Positions 1 to 8,679 of a stretch of DNA of 28,662 bases are shown here, piece by piece; the stretch's first letter is position 1, and every line of letters starts with the position of its first letter. A program made the position numbers and the translations under genes. Under the pieces are notes generated by a model that saw nothing but the letters and a program-made list of their open reading frames with translations, did no database searches and was not told where the DNA came from. Source of the DNA: Bacteroidota bacterium (GTDB lineage Bacteria > Bacteroidota > Bacteroidia > Flavobacteriales > Flavobacteriaceae); NCBI GenBank assembly GCA_021793535.1, contig JAJYSO010000001.1, forward strand, positions 1 through 28,662. The letters are read 5' to 3'.

Positions 1-1
1 C

Positions 2-367
2 ACACACGATATTGTAGAACTGGTCAGCCCCACACAGTTCTACCTAAAAGGCCGATTGGACAATGTGATCAACACAGGGGGAATCAAAGTTCACCCCGAA
101 GAAGTCGAACAGCAGTTAGGGCCCTATATCAATACCAGGTTTTTTGTCTATGGAATAACGGATGAAGTTTTGGGTGAAAAAGTGGTCCTGTTTATAGAAG
201 GAAACCCTAATCAGGAAGAGCTGCAAGCCCTACGACAACACATCAAAGGATCGACTACCTTAGGTCCCTATCAAAGGCCTAAAGAGATTTTCACACTCCA
301 ACATTTTGTAGAAACACACTCTGGAAAAATCAAACGGCAGGCCACAGCCAATTTAATCCATAGCTAA
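2..367 (+). CDS. menE: 3' part of an AMP-binding acyl-CoA ligase, probably O-succinylbenzoate-CoA ligase (5'-truncated by the window edge)
   Basis: The frame is open from base 2 (THDIVELVSPTQFYLKGRLDNVINTGGIKVHPEEVE...). The GRxDxxIxxGGxKV and ETxSGKIxR motifs mark the C-terminal subdomain of the ANL superfamily; this compact form resembles flavobacterial MenE. Confidence 0.72.
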   Translation, partial: THDIVELVSPTQFYLKGRLDNVINTGGIKVHPEEVEQQLGPYINTRFFVYGITDEVLGEKVVLFIEGNPNQEELQALRQHIKGSTTLGPYQRPKEIFTLQHFVETHSGKIKRQATANLIHS

Positions 368-382
368 GCCTCTTTAATACAC

Positions 383-419
383 AAAAGGCCGCCTTAATCA
401 TTTAAGACGACCTTTTTTT
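383..419 (-). terminator. Intrinsic terminator between convergent genes (probably bidirectional)
   Basis: On the minus strand, AGGUCGUCUUA-aaugau-UAAGGCGGCCU-UUU forms an 11-bp stem with two G.U pairs. A/T tracts lie on both sides. Confidence 0.8.
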
Positions 420-436
420 GATTGCATCAACTCCAT

Positions 437-961
437 CTATAACTGCGCTTCTTTTAGATCCACGCCATATTCTATCAGATCCGAATAATTTTGAATGTGC
501 ACATCCGGATCATTCGCAAAATCAGAAGGGATCACGACAAATCGGAAAACTTGATCATCTGTAAAAATAGGATCTAAATTCTGTAAATCATAATCGCCAT
601 CAATAAGTAATTCCACATCTGCAGCGGTATGGTTGTATACATACGTGATGGTTCCTTGATCGGTAAAAAAAGTTTGCGGAAGCAAACTATAGGTTTCAAG
701 ATCACCTTGACTCTCTATACGAAAAACCAAAATCGCATCACTCTCCAAAACCTCTATATCATCAGGAACATCCACAACGGTGGCCCACAAGTTGTTATCG
801 CTTTCATATTCGAAATGAACTTGGTCATACTCAAAGGTTTGCCCAATCACCCCTCCTCCATCTCCATCTTGTCCCGGAGGCCCCATAGGTCCGGTATCTC
901 CTTTACAAGAGATAAACAATACAGCAACTAAGGCCGTTAAATAGATAAGTGTCTTTTTCAT
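437..961 (-). CDS. Lipoprotein with a short collagen-like Gly-X-Y repeat, function unknown
   Basis: Signal peptide with lipobox (VLFISC), followed directly by GDT-GPM-GPP-GQD-GDG and an acidic domain. Confidence 0.8.
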   Translation of the reverse strand: MKKTLIYLTALVAVLFISCKGDTGPMGPPGQDGDGGGVIGQTFEYDQVHFEYESDNNLWATVVDVPDDIEVLESDAILVFRIESQGDLETYSLLPQTFFTDQGTITYVYNHTAADVELLIDGDYDLQNLDPIFTDDQVFRFVVIPSDFANDPDVHIQNYSDLIEYGVDLKEAQL

Positions 962-984
962 GATATATTGGTTTAGTACATAAA

Positions 985-1383
985 TTACTCAAATTTCAAA
1001 CTGACCGAATTAATACAATACCGCTCTCCGGTATCGGTCGGGCCATCGGGAAACACATGGCCCAAATGACCTTTACAGTTTGCACAGATTACCTCTACAC
1101 GAACCATGCCAAAACTAGTATCCTTTCTCAACTCAACACTTCCTTTAACGGCTCGATCAAAGCTGGGCCAGCCACAATTGCTCTTGAATTTTGCCTCACT
1201 CTCAAAGATTTTCTGATGGCATCCGGCACAATAATAGGTCCCCTTTTCAAAATGCAAATTATAATCGCCCGTATGTGGGTATTCTGTTCCTTTTTGCCGA
1301 AGTACTCGGTACTGCTCCGGACTGAGCAGCTCTCGCCATTCCTGATCAGTTTTAACTTGTTTTTTTGCTTTTTCTTTACTCAT
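985..1383 (-). CDS. msrB: Peptide-methionine (R)-S-oxide reductase, cytoplasmic
   Basis: Two CxxC Zn motifs (CAGC, CANC), CGWPSF, GHLGHVF-DGP and catalytic RYCINS. Confidence 0.95.
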   Translation of the reverse strand: MSKEKAKKQVKTDQEWRELLSPEQYRVLRQKGTEYPHTGDYNLHFEKGTYYCAGCHQKIFESEAKFKSNCGWPSFDRAVKGSVELRKDTSFGMVRVEVICANCKGHLGHVFPDGPTDTGERYCINSVSLKFE

Positions 1384-1900
1384 AACTACCCACTAAACTT
1401 TCTCCTCCTTCTCGGGGTACAAACTCCAAGGAGGCTCCGTTAATACAAAATCTTTTTCCTGTTGTCTCTTTGGGTCCATCTTTAAAAACATGTCCCAAAT
1501 GCCCTCCACATTGCGCGCAAAGTACCTCAGTACGTCTATACCCCAATTTATAATCGTTCGCATACACTACCGCCCCTTCGATGGCACGATCAAAGCTCGG
1601 CCAAGAAGAGGTCGTTGTGTACTTATGGGCCATATCAAACAGCGGATTTCCACAAGCTGCACAACGTATTTCCCCCTCCGCAGTAAGTTCGATCAGCGGG
1701 CTGGAATGTGGAGGCTCTGTATCCGCTTCTCGCAGTACATAATACTGTTGTCGAGATAGGGATTCTTTCCATTCTGCTTCAGCTTTTTGGACGGTAAAAT
1801 TCCTTTTTTGAGAACGCTGAGTAGCCGTCGGCTCCACCTTATCCTGACAGCTGAACAAGAACAAGCAAAGCCCACATAAAATTCCAATTTTGTACATCAT
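1376..1900 (-). CDS. msrB: Lipoprotein-anchored peptide-methionine (R)-S-oxide reductase
   Basis: Lipobox LFLFSC, then CAAC/CAQC, WPSFD, GHLGHVFKDGP and RFCING. The ORF-track start at 1915 is GTG; ATG at 1900 or 1897 is more likely. It overlaps the downstream msrB by 8 bp. Confidence 0.92.
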   Translation of the reverse strand: MMYKIGILCGLCLFLFSCQDKVEPTATQRSQKRNFTVQKAEAEWKESLSRQQYYVLREADTEPPHSSPLIELTAEGEIRCAACGNPLFDMAHKYTTTSSWPSFDRAIEGAVVYANDYKLGYRRTEVLCAQCGGHLGHVFKDGPKETTGKRFCINGASLEFVPREGGESLVGSYE

Positions 1901-2028
1901 CACAGTGCTATTCACAATTAACCCGCTCTTTATCTGGTGCTGCCTTCATAGAGCTAAGTTAGGCAAAAATTAAATATTTTATGAAGAATACGTATATTTG
2001 TTTGTTCCTTAAAACTAAAATGCAAACT

Positions 2029-2844
2029 ATGAATACCCCAAAAGTTATTGTTGTTTTGTTCCTCTTGCTAATTGTCAGCGCTTGTCAAACCAATCCTTTT
2101 ACCGGCAAAAAAGGCCTGGCCTTAGTCTCCAATAGTGAACTTTTCCCTCAATCGTTTCAACTTTACCAGGAGACTCTAAAAGAAAGCAAAGTCATTCGTG
2201 GAACGGCCGAGGCAAAAATGGTCGACCAGGTGGGGCGTCAAATTGCTGAAGCAGCCGAAAAGTTTCTGGCTTCAACCGGGCAACAAGGATACCTTAAAGA
2301 CTATCGATGGGAATATGCGCTTATTGAAAGTGACCAAGTCAACGCTTGGTGTATGCCCGGAGGAAAAATTGCCGTGTACAGCGGCATTCTTCCCCTCACC
2401 CAAAACCGTGCTGGGTTAGCCGTGGTCATGGGACATGAAGTCTCTCACGCCCTCCTCAACCACAGTCAACAACAAGCAAGCCAAAGCCAAATCACCAACG
2501 TCATTGGAATGGGAGGAAGCACGGCGCTAAGTGGAACGCAATTCGGAAGTGTCTTCAATCAAATATACGGGATCGGTACACAATTAGGGGTAACGTTGCC
2601 TTATAGTCGAAAATTCGAGACCGAAGCAGATGAACTCGGTCTACAACTGATGGCCATTGCGGGGTATGACCCCGAAGTAGCCATTGCCTTTTGGGAACGG
2701 ATGAACGCTGCTGGAGGAAAGGCCCCTGCCGAGTTTTTAAGCACGCACCCTTCCGGTCAATCCCGCATCAACAACCTCAAAGGAAAAGTAAACGAAGCCA
2801 AAGCTACTGCCCGAAAATTTGGGGTAACTCAATTCCAAAAATAG
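2029..2844 (+). CDS. M48 family zinc metalloprotease, lipoprotein (YfgC/LoiP-like)
   Basis: Lipobox IVSAC, VNAWCMPGGKI, HEVSH zinc motif, YSRKFETEADELG and LSTHP. The start is moved from 1981 to 2029 (or 2020) because a TATATTTG promoter box sits at 1993-2000. Confidence 0.92.
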   Translation: MNTPKVIVVLFLLLIVSACQTNPFTGKKGLALVSNSELFPQSFQLYQETLKESKVIRGTAEAKMVDQVGRQIAEAAEKFLASTGQQGYLKDYRWEYALIESDQVNAWCMPGGKIAVYSGILPLTQNRAGLAVVMGHEVSHALLNHSQQQASQSQITNVIGMGGSTALSGTQFGSVFNQIYGIGTQLGVTLPYSRKFETEADELGLQLMAIAGYDPEVAIAFWERMNAAGGKAPAEFLSTHPSGQSRINNLKGKVNEAKATARKFGVTQFQK

Positions 2845-3032
2845 CTGGGAAGAAAAAGACAGTCCTATCAACTCAAAATTATTAATAAAAAAGGGCATGC
2901 ATCTTTAATCTGTCCTATCTCTACCATTCCTTTAAAAAGTACTTCTTAACCTTCGTTGTGTTCGGGACAGAAAAGCGCCCCACTAAAAGCCATCACTGCT
3001 CTTCTCTCTCCCATGGGATTTCTCTAAAATGT

Positions 3033-3067
3033 AAAAAAGGAAGTTGAAAAAGCCAACTTCCCTTTTT
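3033..3067. terminator. Bidirectional intrinsic terminator
   Basis: AAAAAAGGAAGTTG-aaaaagc-CAACTTCCCTTTTT inverted repeat between the convergent M48 and acylase genes. Confidence 0.75.
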
Positions 3068-3098
3068 ATAAAATGTGTCCCTTTGATCATTAAGGGAT

Positions 3099-5426
3099 CT
3101 ACTGGGCAGCCTGCCCTGGATGATAGGTCTTAATGGCCTGCTTCTTAATCGCCTTTGGCGTATAAAAGACCGGCTTCATTTCTTTTTTTCTAAACATCTC
3201 CAATTGATCGTAATAATAAGGGGATTCTGGATCTTCGCTCTCTCCATAAGCCAAGACGGAATACGCACGTGGAGTTTTATCAAATTCAACAGCAATTACC
3301 CAACCGTCTCCTCCGGTCACCCGAAGTTTAGGTTGACCGTCCACTTTGGTAGGGGCATACCAAAATACTCTAAAACAGCCGTACACCCCGCTACAACCAT
3401 TCGCCGGCTCATTCTTACCCTGCGCAAGCATACGATGCACGTCTCCCCAGGCCACATCCCAGTTTCCATATTTTGTGGACACCTCTTGAAGAGCCCAATC
3501 GAAAGCCTGAGCTGCTCGCTTTGAATCTGCTAATCCAAAAGGGGTCTCAGCCGGACGATCTGCCGACCATGGGGTGGCAAAGAGTTCTTCGGGCTTTGCC
3601 GCAAACCCTACAGATTCAGGCGATGATCCGGTATGTTTTGTCGGGGCTGTATCCACATAACGATCCCACCATATTTTAAACAACACCCCGCCACGACTCT
3701 CTTCGGAAACGGTATTATCCCATTCTTTCAACAGGGCAACAGCTTGCTTTGTTTTTGCCGGGTCGGCGGAAGCATTCTCGTTTTTCTCCACCGCTTTGAT
3801 CAAATCTTCCTTTACTCGATCGGCTAGCAGCATTCCCGTATTGCTCTTTAACTTCACAATCTCTTCCAAAGAAAACTTTTGTGAAGCATTGCCAATCAAG
3901 CTATATGATTTTTGACTTCTGAGCCTAAAAGTTGGCTGCGGAAAATAAGCAGGAAAATCTTCAGGTTTCATGATCTCATTGAGATTGGTGAAGTGAAAAG
4001 TATCATTTTCATTGTGCAAATAGCCCCCCTCCGGGTTTCTTAATTGCGGCAATTCATCCCAAGGAATCAGATCCGACCAAATTTCACTGGACTGAGTGAC
4101 CAGTTTTGCATTTCCATCACCGCTCCAGGAAACCGGCAAATCGGGAACCGTTCCATTCCAAACATAAAAAATATTGCCATCTCCATCGGCATAGGTAAAA
4201 TTAGAGGTGACAATTCCACGAATGCGCATGGCCTTTTTCCACTCCTCTAGATTGGTCGCTTCCATCATCGCTAAATACTGTTCAGCTGCCCTAAAAACAT
4301 CTGCCGCTGCAGATTTAAGGACATAAACCTTACCGTTCCCTCTGTAAATTACCGGCCCGTATTTCGTTGACAAAACCTCTCTCTTCTCCCTTGAAAAGCC
4401 CTCGCCATTTTTTACCTCAACCGTCCGTATCTCCCGGTCGATGGGATGGGATTTCCCATCCAATATATAATGGTCTGGGTTATCGGGATCCACGTGAAAG
4501 GCATAGATTTCATCCATAAAGGAATCATTGTTAGTGGTCGACCATCCCAGATGTTGATTAAACCCACCTACTGTAATTAAAGGAGCTCCGATTCGGTAAT
4601 CCCCATAATAATCGAATTTCCCTGGCACTTCAACATGTGCTTCATAATAACCGGCACTCCAGCTCAAATGTGGATTCCGCACTAAAACCGCCTTACCTGA
4701 AGAAGTCCGGCTAGGGGCAAAAGCCCATGCATTAGAACCCAGATCAATAGGAGGGGCCACATAACGAGTACCCATTCGTTCCCAAAAATCCATATTTGAT
4801 GTGGGGTCGGCTTGTCCAATCCCATTATCCTTCCAGGCTTGTGGAGGGTGATTCTTCAATTTGCGAAGAAATTTGTTGACCGAAGATAAACTCACCGATT
4901 CTATTCCGGCTGCATGCACGTCATACACCGTAAAGAAAGGCTGCACCCAATCTTCCAATTCCTCCGGATGCAATTCAATATAGCGATTTACCGCCAATGT
5001 AAAGCCCTCGATAATTGCTCGGGCCTCTTCATTCAATTCAGGCCAAGTACGCACTGCTTTCTCATAACGGATCTGATTGGCAATATCGTTATCAACGGCA
5101 CTGTGTAAGCGCCCCGCATCTATCTCATGATATTTTGCCCACTCTCCTCTTGCTTTAATCAAATCGTTGATAACCCGGTCGTGATAATCCTCCATTTGTA
5201 CATATCCTAAACCGAATCCGGCCGCTTTTATATTCTGCGCTGAAATATGCGGAACCCCGTAATCGGTTCGTTGAATGAGCACCTGCTCTGACAATTCTTT
5301 TACCTGATCACTAGAAGGATAGGATGTTGGTGTATCCCCGCCATTTGCACTGGCTGCCACCGCCACTCCAGAAAATCCGAACGCTACAAAAAGTAAAACA
5401 CATAGACAATTTCTTCGAAATCTCAT
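3099..5426 (-). CDS. Exported penicillin acylase-family (Ntn-hydrolase, S45) precursor, PvdQ/AHL-acylase/cephalosporin-acylase-like
   Basis: Signal peptide, alpha-subunit motif IQRTDYGVPHI, autoproteolytic G|SNAWAFAPSRT (nucleophile Ser231, codon 4734-4736), NPHL, GWSTTNN, SNFTYADGDGNIFY and C-terminal YSVLAYGES. Confidence 0.92.
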   Translation of the reverse strand: MRFRRNCLCVLLFVAFGFSGVAVAASANGGDTPTSYPSSDQVKELSEQVLIQRTDYGVPHISAQNIKAAGFGLGYVQMEDYHDRVINDLIKARGEWAKYHEIDAGRLHSAVDNDIANQIRYEKAVRTWPELNEEARAIIEGFTLAVNRYIELHPEELEDWVQPFFTVYDVHAAGIESVSLSSVNKFLRKLKNHPPQAWKDNGIGQADPTSNMDFWERMGTRYVAPPIDLGSNAWAFAPSRTSSGKAVLVRNPHLSWSAGYYEAHVEVPGKFDYYGDYRIGAPLITVGGFNQHLGWSTTNNDSFMDEIYAFHVDPDNPDHYILDGKSHPIDREIRTVEVKNGEGFSREKREVLSTKYGPVIYRGNGKVYVLKSAAADVFRAAEQYLAMMEATNLEEWKKAMRIRGIVTSNFTYADGDGNIFYVWNGTVPDLPVSWSGDGNAKLVTQSSEIWSDLIPWDELPQLRNPEGGYLHNENDTFHFTNLNEIMKPEDFPAYFPQPTFRLRSQKSYSLIGNASQKFSLEEIVKLKSNTGMLLADRVKEDLIKAVEKNENASADPAKTKQAVALLKEWDNTVSEESRGGVLFKIWWDRYVDTAPTKHTGSSPESVGFAAKPEELFATPWSADRPAETPFGLADSKRAAQAFDWALQEVSTKYGNWDVAWGDVHRMLAQGKNEPANGCSGVYGCFRVFWYAPTKVDGQPKLRVTGGDGWVIAVEFDKTPRAYSVLAYGESEDPESPYYYDQLEMFRKKEMKPVFYTPKAIKKQAIKTYHPGQAAQ

Positions 5427-5548
5427 TTTTATTATTTTTTAGTTGAGCCCTCGCAATTTACCATTTTTATGAAACAAGCCTCCCTTCTTTTACAGAAACT
5501 CCTCATTTTTTTGATATTCCTTTAATAGAATAGTTTTAGAAATAACTC

Positions 5549-5556
5549 TACATTTG
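5549..5556 (+). promoter_or_regulatory. Bacteroidota sigma70 -7 box upstream of nagB
   Basis: TACATTTG matches TAnnTTTG, 30 nt before the ATG at 5587. The ORF-track TTG start at 5554 falls inside this box. Confidence 0.6.
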
Positions 5557-5586
5557 AATCAAAAATTTAACCAAATCCTTTGCCCT

Positions 5587-7512
5587 ATGCCAGCAGCAAG
5601 TTTACAGCCCGATTTAATCAACAGTTTTGAACGGGTGCCCGTTCAGATATTCAGCAACTCCAAATCGGGTGCTCAATATATTGCCAGCCGCATTGCAAAG
5701 CTTATTAAAACTAGACAGGAAGAACAAAAAACTTGTGTATTGGGACTGGCCACCGGATCTACTCCTGAAGTACTCTATACCGAACTGATTCGGTTGCACC
5801 GAGAAGAGGGGTTGAGTTTTAAAAATGTCATCACCTTCAACTTGGATGAATATTACCCCATGGCTAAAGAAAACCCGAACAGTTATTATTTTTACATGCA
5901 CGATAGGCTTTTCAACCATATTGATATCCTCCCTGAAAACGTTCATATCCCGAAAGGATATGTTCCCAAAAACCAACTCGGCGAAGCTTGTGAGGCATAC
6001 GAAAAGGACATCAAAAAAGCCGGAGGTATTGATATCCAGTTATTGGGAATCGGACAAAACGGGCACATAGGATTTAACGAACCGGGATCCAGCCTCCACT
6101 CCACCACCCGTTTAATTCCTTTGGACAATCACACGCGTTTGGCCAATGCCTCTCATTTCGGGAAGCTTTCGGAGGTGCCTCGGTTGGCTGTAACCACCGG
6201 CATTCAAACCATTATGGGCGCCAAGGAAATCATCTTATTAGCTTGGGGAGACAACAAGGCTATGGCCATCCAAAAAGCCGTTGAGGACCACCCAACGGAA
6301 ATGGTCCCAGCTTCACTGCTTCAAAACCATCCCAACTGTACCTTTGTCATCGATGAAAATGCGGCCCAAAACCTGATCCGATATCAATCTCCATGGCTAA
6401 CAGGAGCAATCAAATGGACGGAAAAACTGATCCGAAAAGCCGTGTGTTCCCTAGCTCTGGAACTAGACAAGCCCATTTTGATGTTGACCGATCAAGACTA
6501 CAACGATTGTGGACTAAGTGATCTTATAGAAGAACACGGCTCAGCTTATGATATCAACCTAAAGGTTTTTAACGGCATGAAACGCACCATTACCGGGTGG
6601 CCGGGTGGAAAACCCAACGTCAACATCATTGGCCATCCCGAACGGGCGACACCAGCGAAAAAGCGTGTCCTTATCTTTTCCCCTCACCCCGACGACGATA
6701 TCATCTCTATGGGAGGGACTTTCATTCGTTTACACGAACAAGGACACGATGTGCATGTCGCTTATCAAACCTCGGGTAACATCGCCGTAGGCGATGAATT
6801 AGTAGAACGATTTTTGGACTTCTCTACAGGCTTCGACAAGCTGTTTGCCATCCAAGATCGACCCAGCCAAGTCATTTTTGAAAAGGCTAAAACTTTTTTC
6901 AAAACCAAACAAAAACAAGACCTGGATCTTCCAGAGATTCGTAAAATCAAAGGGCTCATTCGGCGTTGTGAAGCCAAGGCCACCTGTAGGTATGTTGGAT
7001 TGGAAGAAGATCATGCCCACTTCTTGGATCTCCCCTTTTATGAAACGGGAACCATTAAAAAAGATACACCTAAAGAAGAAGATATAAAAATCGTCACGGA
7101 TCTTATTCAAGAAATCCAACCACATCAAATTTATGCTGCAGGGGATTTGGCCGATCCACACGGTACCCATAAAGTCTGTCTGGATATCCTTATCGAAGCC
7201 CTGAATCGATTAAAAGAAAAAGCCTTCATGAAGGATTGTTGGGTATGGCTTTACAGAGGAGCTTGGCAGGAGTTCGAGCCCTATGAGATCGAAATGGCTA
7301 TCCCTATGAGTCCTGATCAAGTCATCCAGAAACGAAATGGAATTTTGATTCATCAAAGTCAAAAAGACGCTGTTCCGTTCCAAGGGGAAGACAAACGAGA
7401 GTTCTGGCAAAGGGTCGAGGATCGCACAGCAGAAACTGCCCGTTTATACGACAAGCTCGGGTTACCACAATACGCTGCATTAGAAGGATTTGTAAGGTAC
7501 CCATACCAATAG
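5587..7512 (+). CDS. nagB: Glucosamine-6-phosphate deaminase fused to a C-terminal PIG-L/LmbE-like deacetylase domain (Bacteroidota long NagB)
   Basis: N-terminal GLATGSTP, TFNLDEYYP and LLGIGQNGHIGFNEPGS are NagB motifs. C-terminal FSPHPDDDIISMGG and DLADPHGTH are PIG-L metal motifs. Confidence 0.93.
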   Translation: MPAASLQPDLINSFERVPVQIFSNSKSGAQYIASRIAKLIKTRQEEQKTCVLGLATGSTPEVLYTELIRLHREEGLSFKNVITFNLDEYYPMAKENPNSYYFYMHDRLFNHIDILPENVHIPKGYVPKNQLGEACEAYEKDIKKAGGIDIQLLGIGQNGHIGFNEPGSSLHSTTRLIPLDNHTRLANASHFGKLSEVPRLAVTTGIQTIMGAKEIILLAWGDNKAMAIQKAVEDHPTEMVPASLLQNHPNCTFVIDENAAQNLIRYQSPWLTGAIKWTEKLIRKAVCSLALELDKPILMLTDQDYNDCGLSDLIEEHGSAYDINLKVFNGMKRTITGWPGGKPNVNIIGHPERATPAKKRVLIFSPHPDDDIISMGGTFIRLHEQGHDVHVAYQTSGNIAVGDELVERFLDFSTGFDKLFAIQDRPSQVIFEKAKTFFKTKQKQDLDLPEIRKIKGLIRRCEAKATCRYVGLEEDHAHFLDLPFYETGTIKKDTPKEEDIKIVTDLIQEIQPHQIYAAGDLADPHGTHKVCLDILIEALNRLKEKAFMKDCWVWLYRGAWQEFEPYEIEMAIPMSPDQVIQKRNGILIHQSQKDAVPFQGEDKREFWQRVEDRTAETARLYDKLGLPQYAALEGFVRYPYQ

Positions 7513-7562
7513 CCTGAAATTTTATTTTAAAAAAGAGGAGAACCTCCATTAGAAAGTCTTAC

Positions 7563-7592
7563 TTGACAATGCCGTCAATTTCTTTACCTTTG
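7563..7592 (+). promoter_or_regulatory. Bacteroidota promoter (-33 TTG, N19, -7 TACCTTTG) overlapped by the palindrome TTGAC-N6-GTCAA
   Basis: TTG at 7563-7565, TACCTTTG at 7585-7592, inverted repeat at 7563-7578, ATG at 7608. Confidence 0.65.
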
Positions 7593-7607
7593 TTTTAAAT
7601 TTTTTCT

Positions 7608-8171
7608 ATGAACTGGATGGATGACACGTGGCCGTGGTATGTAGCCGGACCACTACTTGCGGGAATCATGTTCGCCCTGCTTTTTTTGGGAAAACAATTC
7701 GGTGTTTCTGCCAATTTAAGGACGATGTGCTCGCTTGCGGGTGCGGGACGCTTTTCCAATTTTTTCAACATCAATTGGAAAGACCAACGATGGAATTTAT
7801 ACTTCATTCTCGGAGGGGCTATCGGGGGCTACATCGCCGCACATTATATGGGCAATAACGGGGTGTCCATCAGTCAAAAAACTGCAGATTATCTGGAAAA
7901 TACCTATCAAATCACGGGAAGCAAGATGGCTTATCTTCCCCCTGAACTCTTTTCTGTTGAAGGGTTTAGTCATCCCTTTTTATGGGCAATATGGATAGGC
8001 GGAGGATTACTCGTCGGTTTTGGCGCCCGTTATGCCGGTGGCTGTACTTCAGGGCATGCCATCTCTGGGTTAAGTAACCTTCAATGGCCTTCCCTAATTG
8101 CCGTTATCGGTTTTTTTATTGGAGGGCTTACCATGGTACATCTCCTATTTCCTTTACTATTTAAAGCATGA
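7608..8171 (+). CDS. YeeE/YedE family sulfur-compound (thiosulfate-type) transporter, first half
   Basis: Hydrophobic Gly-rich membrane protein with WPWYVAGP, FGVSANLRTMC and GFGARYAGGCTSGHAISG. Confidence 0.9.
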   Translation: MNWMDDTWPWYVAGPLLAGIMFALLFLGKQFGVSANLRTMCSLAGAGRFSNFFNINWKDQRWNLYFILGGAIGGYIAAHYMGNNGVSISQKTADYLENTYQITGSKMAYLPPELFSVEGFSHPFLWAIWIGGGLLVGFGARYAGGCTSGHAISGLSNLQWPSLIAVIGFFIGGLTMVHLLFPLLFKA

Positions 8172-8581
8172 AACAGTTTACCTACATTCTTTTGGGTATA
8201 TGCTTTGGTATAGTGCTGTACAAATCAGAAGCGGCCTCTTGGTTTAGAATCTATGAAATGTTCCGTTTCGAATCTTTTCATATGTACGGTATTATCGGAT
8301 CCGCAGTGGCTACAGGTGCCCTGGGGATTTTCTGTATTAAAAAATACCGCCTATATACTTTTGACCATCAGAAAATGGCTCTGGAGCCCAAAAACAAAAG
8401 CTTTCCGCGTTATTTGTGGGGAGGGGTTATTTTTGGGTTAGGATGGGCGCTTGTAGGGGCTTGCCCCGGACCGATGTTCATATTAGTAGGCGCAGGGTTT
8501 ATGCCACTGCTCGTGGTGATCTTTGGTGCACTAATCGGCACCTTCCTATACGGATTATTGCGAAAGTACCTGCCGCACTAA
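8168..8581 (+). CDS. YeeE/YedE family transporter, second half
   Basis: FRFESFHMYGIIGSA and GGVIFGLGWALVGACPGP motifs. An ATGA overlap with the upstream gene suggests translational coupling. Confidence 0.9.
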   Translation: MKQFTYILLGICFGIVLYKSEAASWFRIYEMFRFESFHMYGIIGSAVATGALGIFCIKKYRLYTFDHQKMALEPKNKSFPRYLWGGVIFGLGWALVGACPGPMFILVGAGFMPLLVVIFGALIGTFLYGLLRKYLPH

Positions 8582-8613
8582 ATCCCTCAATAGCGCTCCA
8601 ATCAGGAATGCGC

Positions 8614-8662
8614 AAAAAAATAATCGTCTCGAATGAAAAGCAATACACACGAGACGATTTTT
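8614..8662. terminator. Probable bidirectional terminator
   Basis: Perfect 10-bp inverted repeat AATCGTCTCG (8622-8631) / CGAGACGATT (8650-8659) with an 18-nt loop, flanked by A and T tracts, between convergent genes. Confidence 0.65.
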
Positions 8663-8679
8663 ATAGAAAAAGGCGACGG

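Noticed and set aside
2845-3032. ~190-bp unexplained spacer between M48 and the acylase (repeated GTCCTATC, short CTGTCC/GGACAG inverted repeat) as an sRNA or element relic
   Set aside because: The repeats are short enough to be chance, and I found no coherent fold, promoter-terminator pair or IS-like ends.
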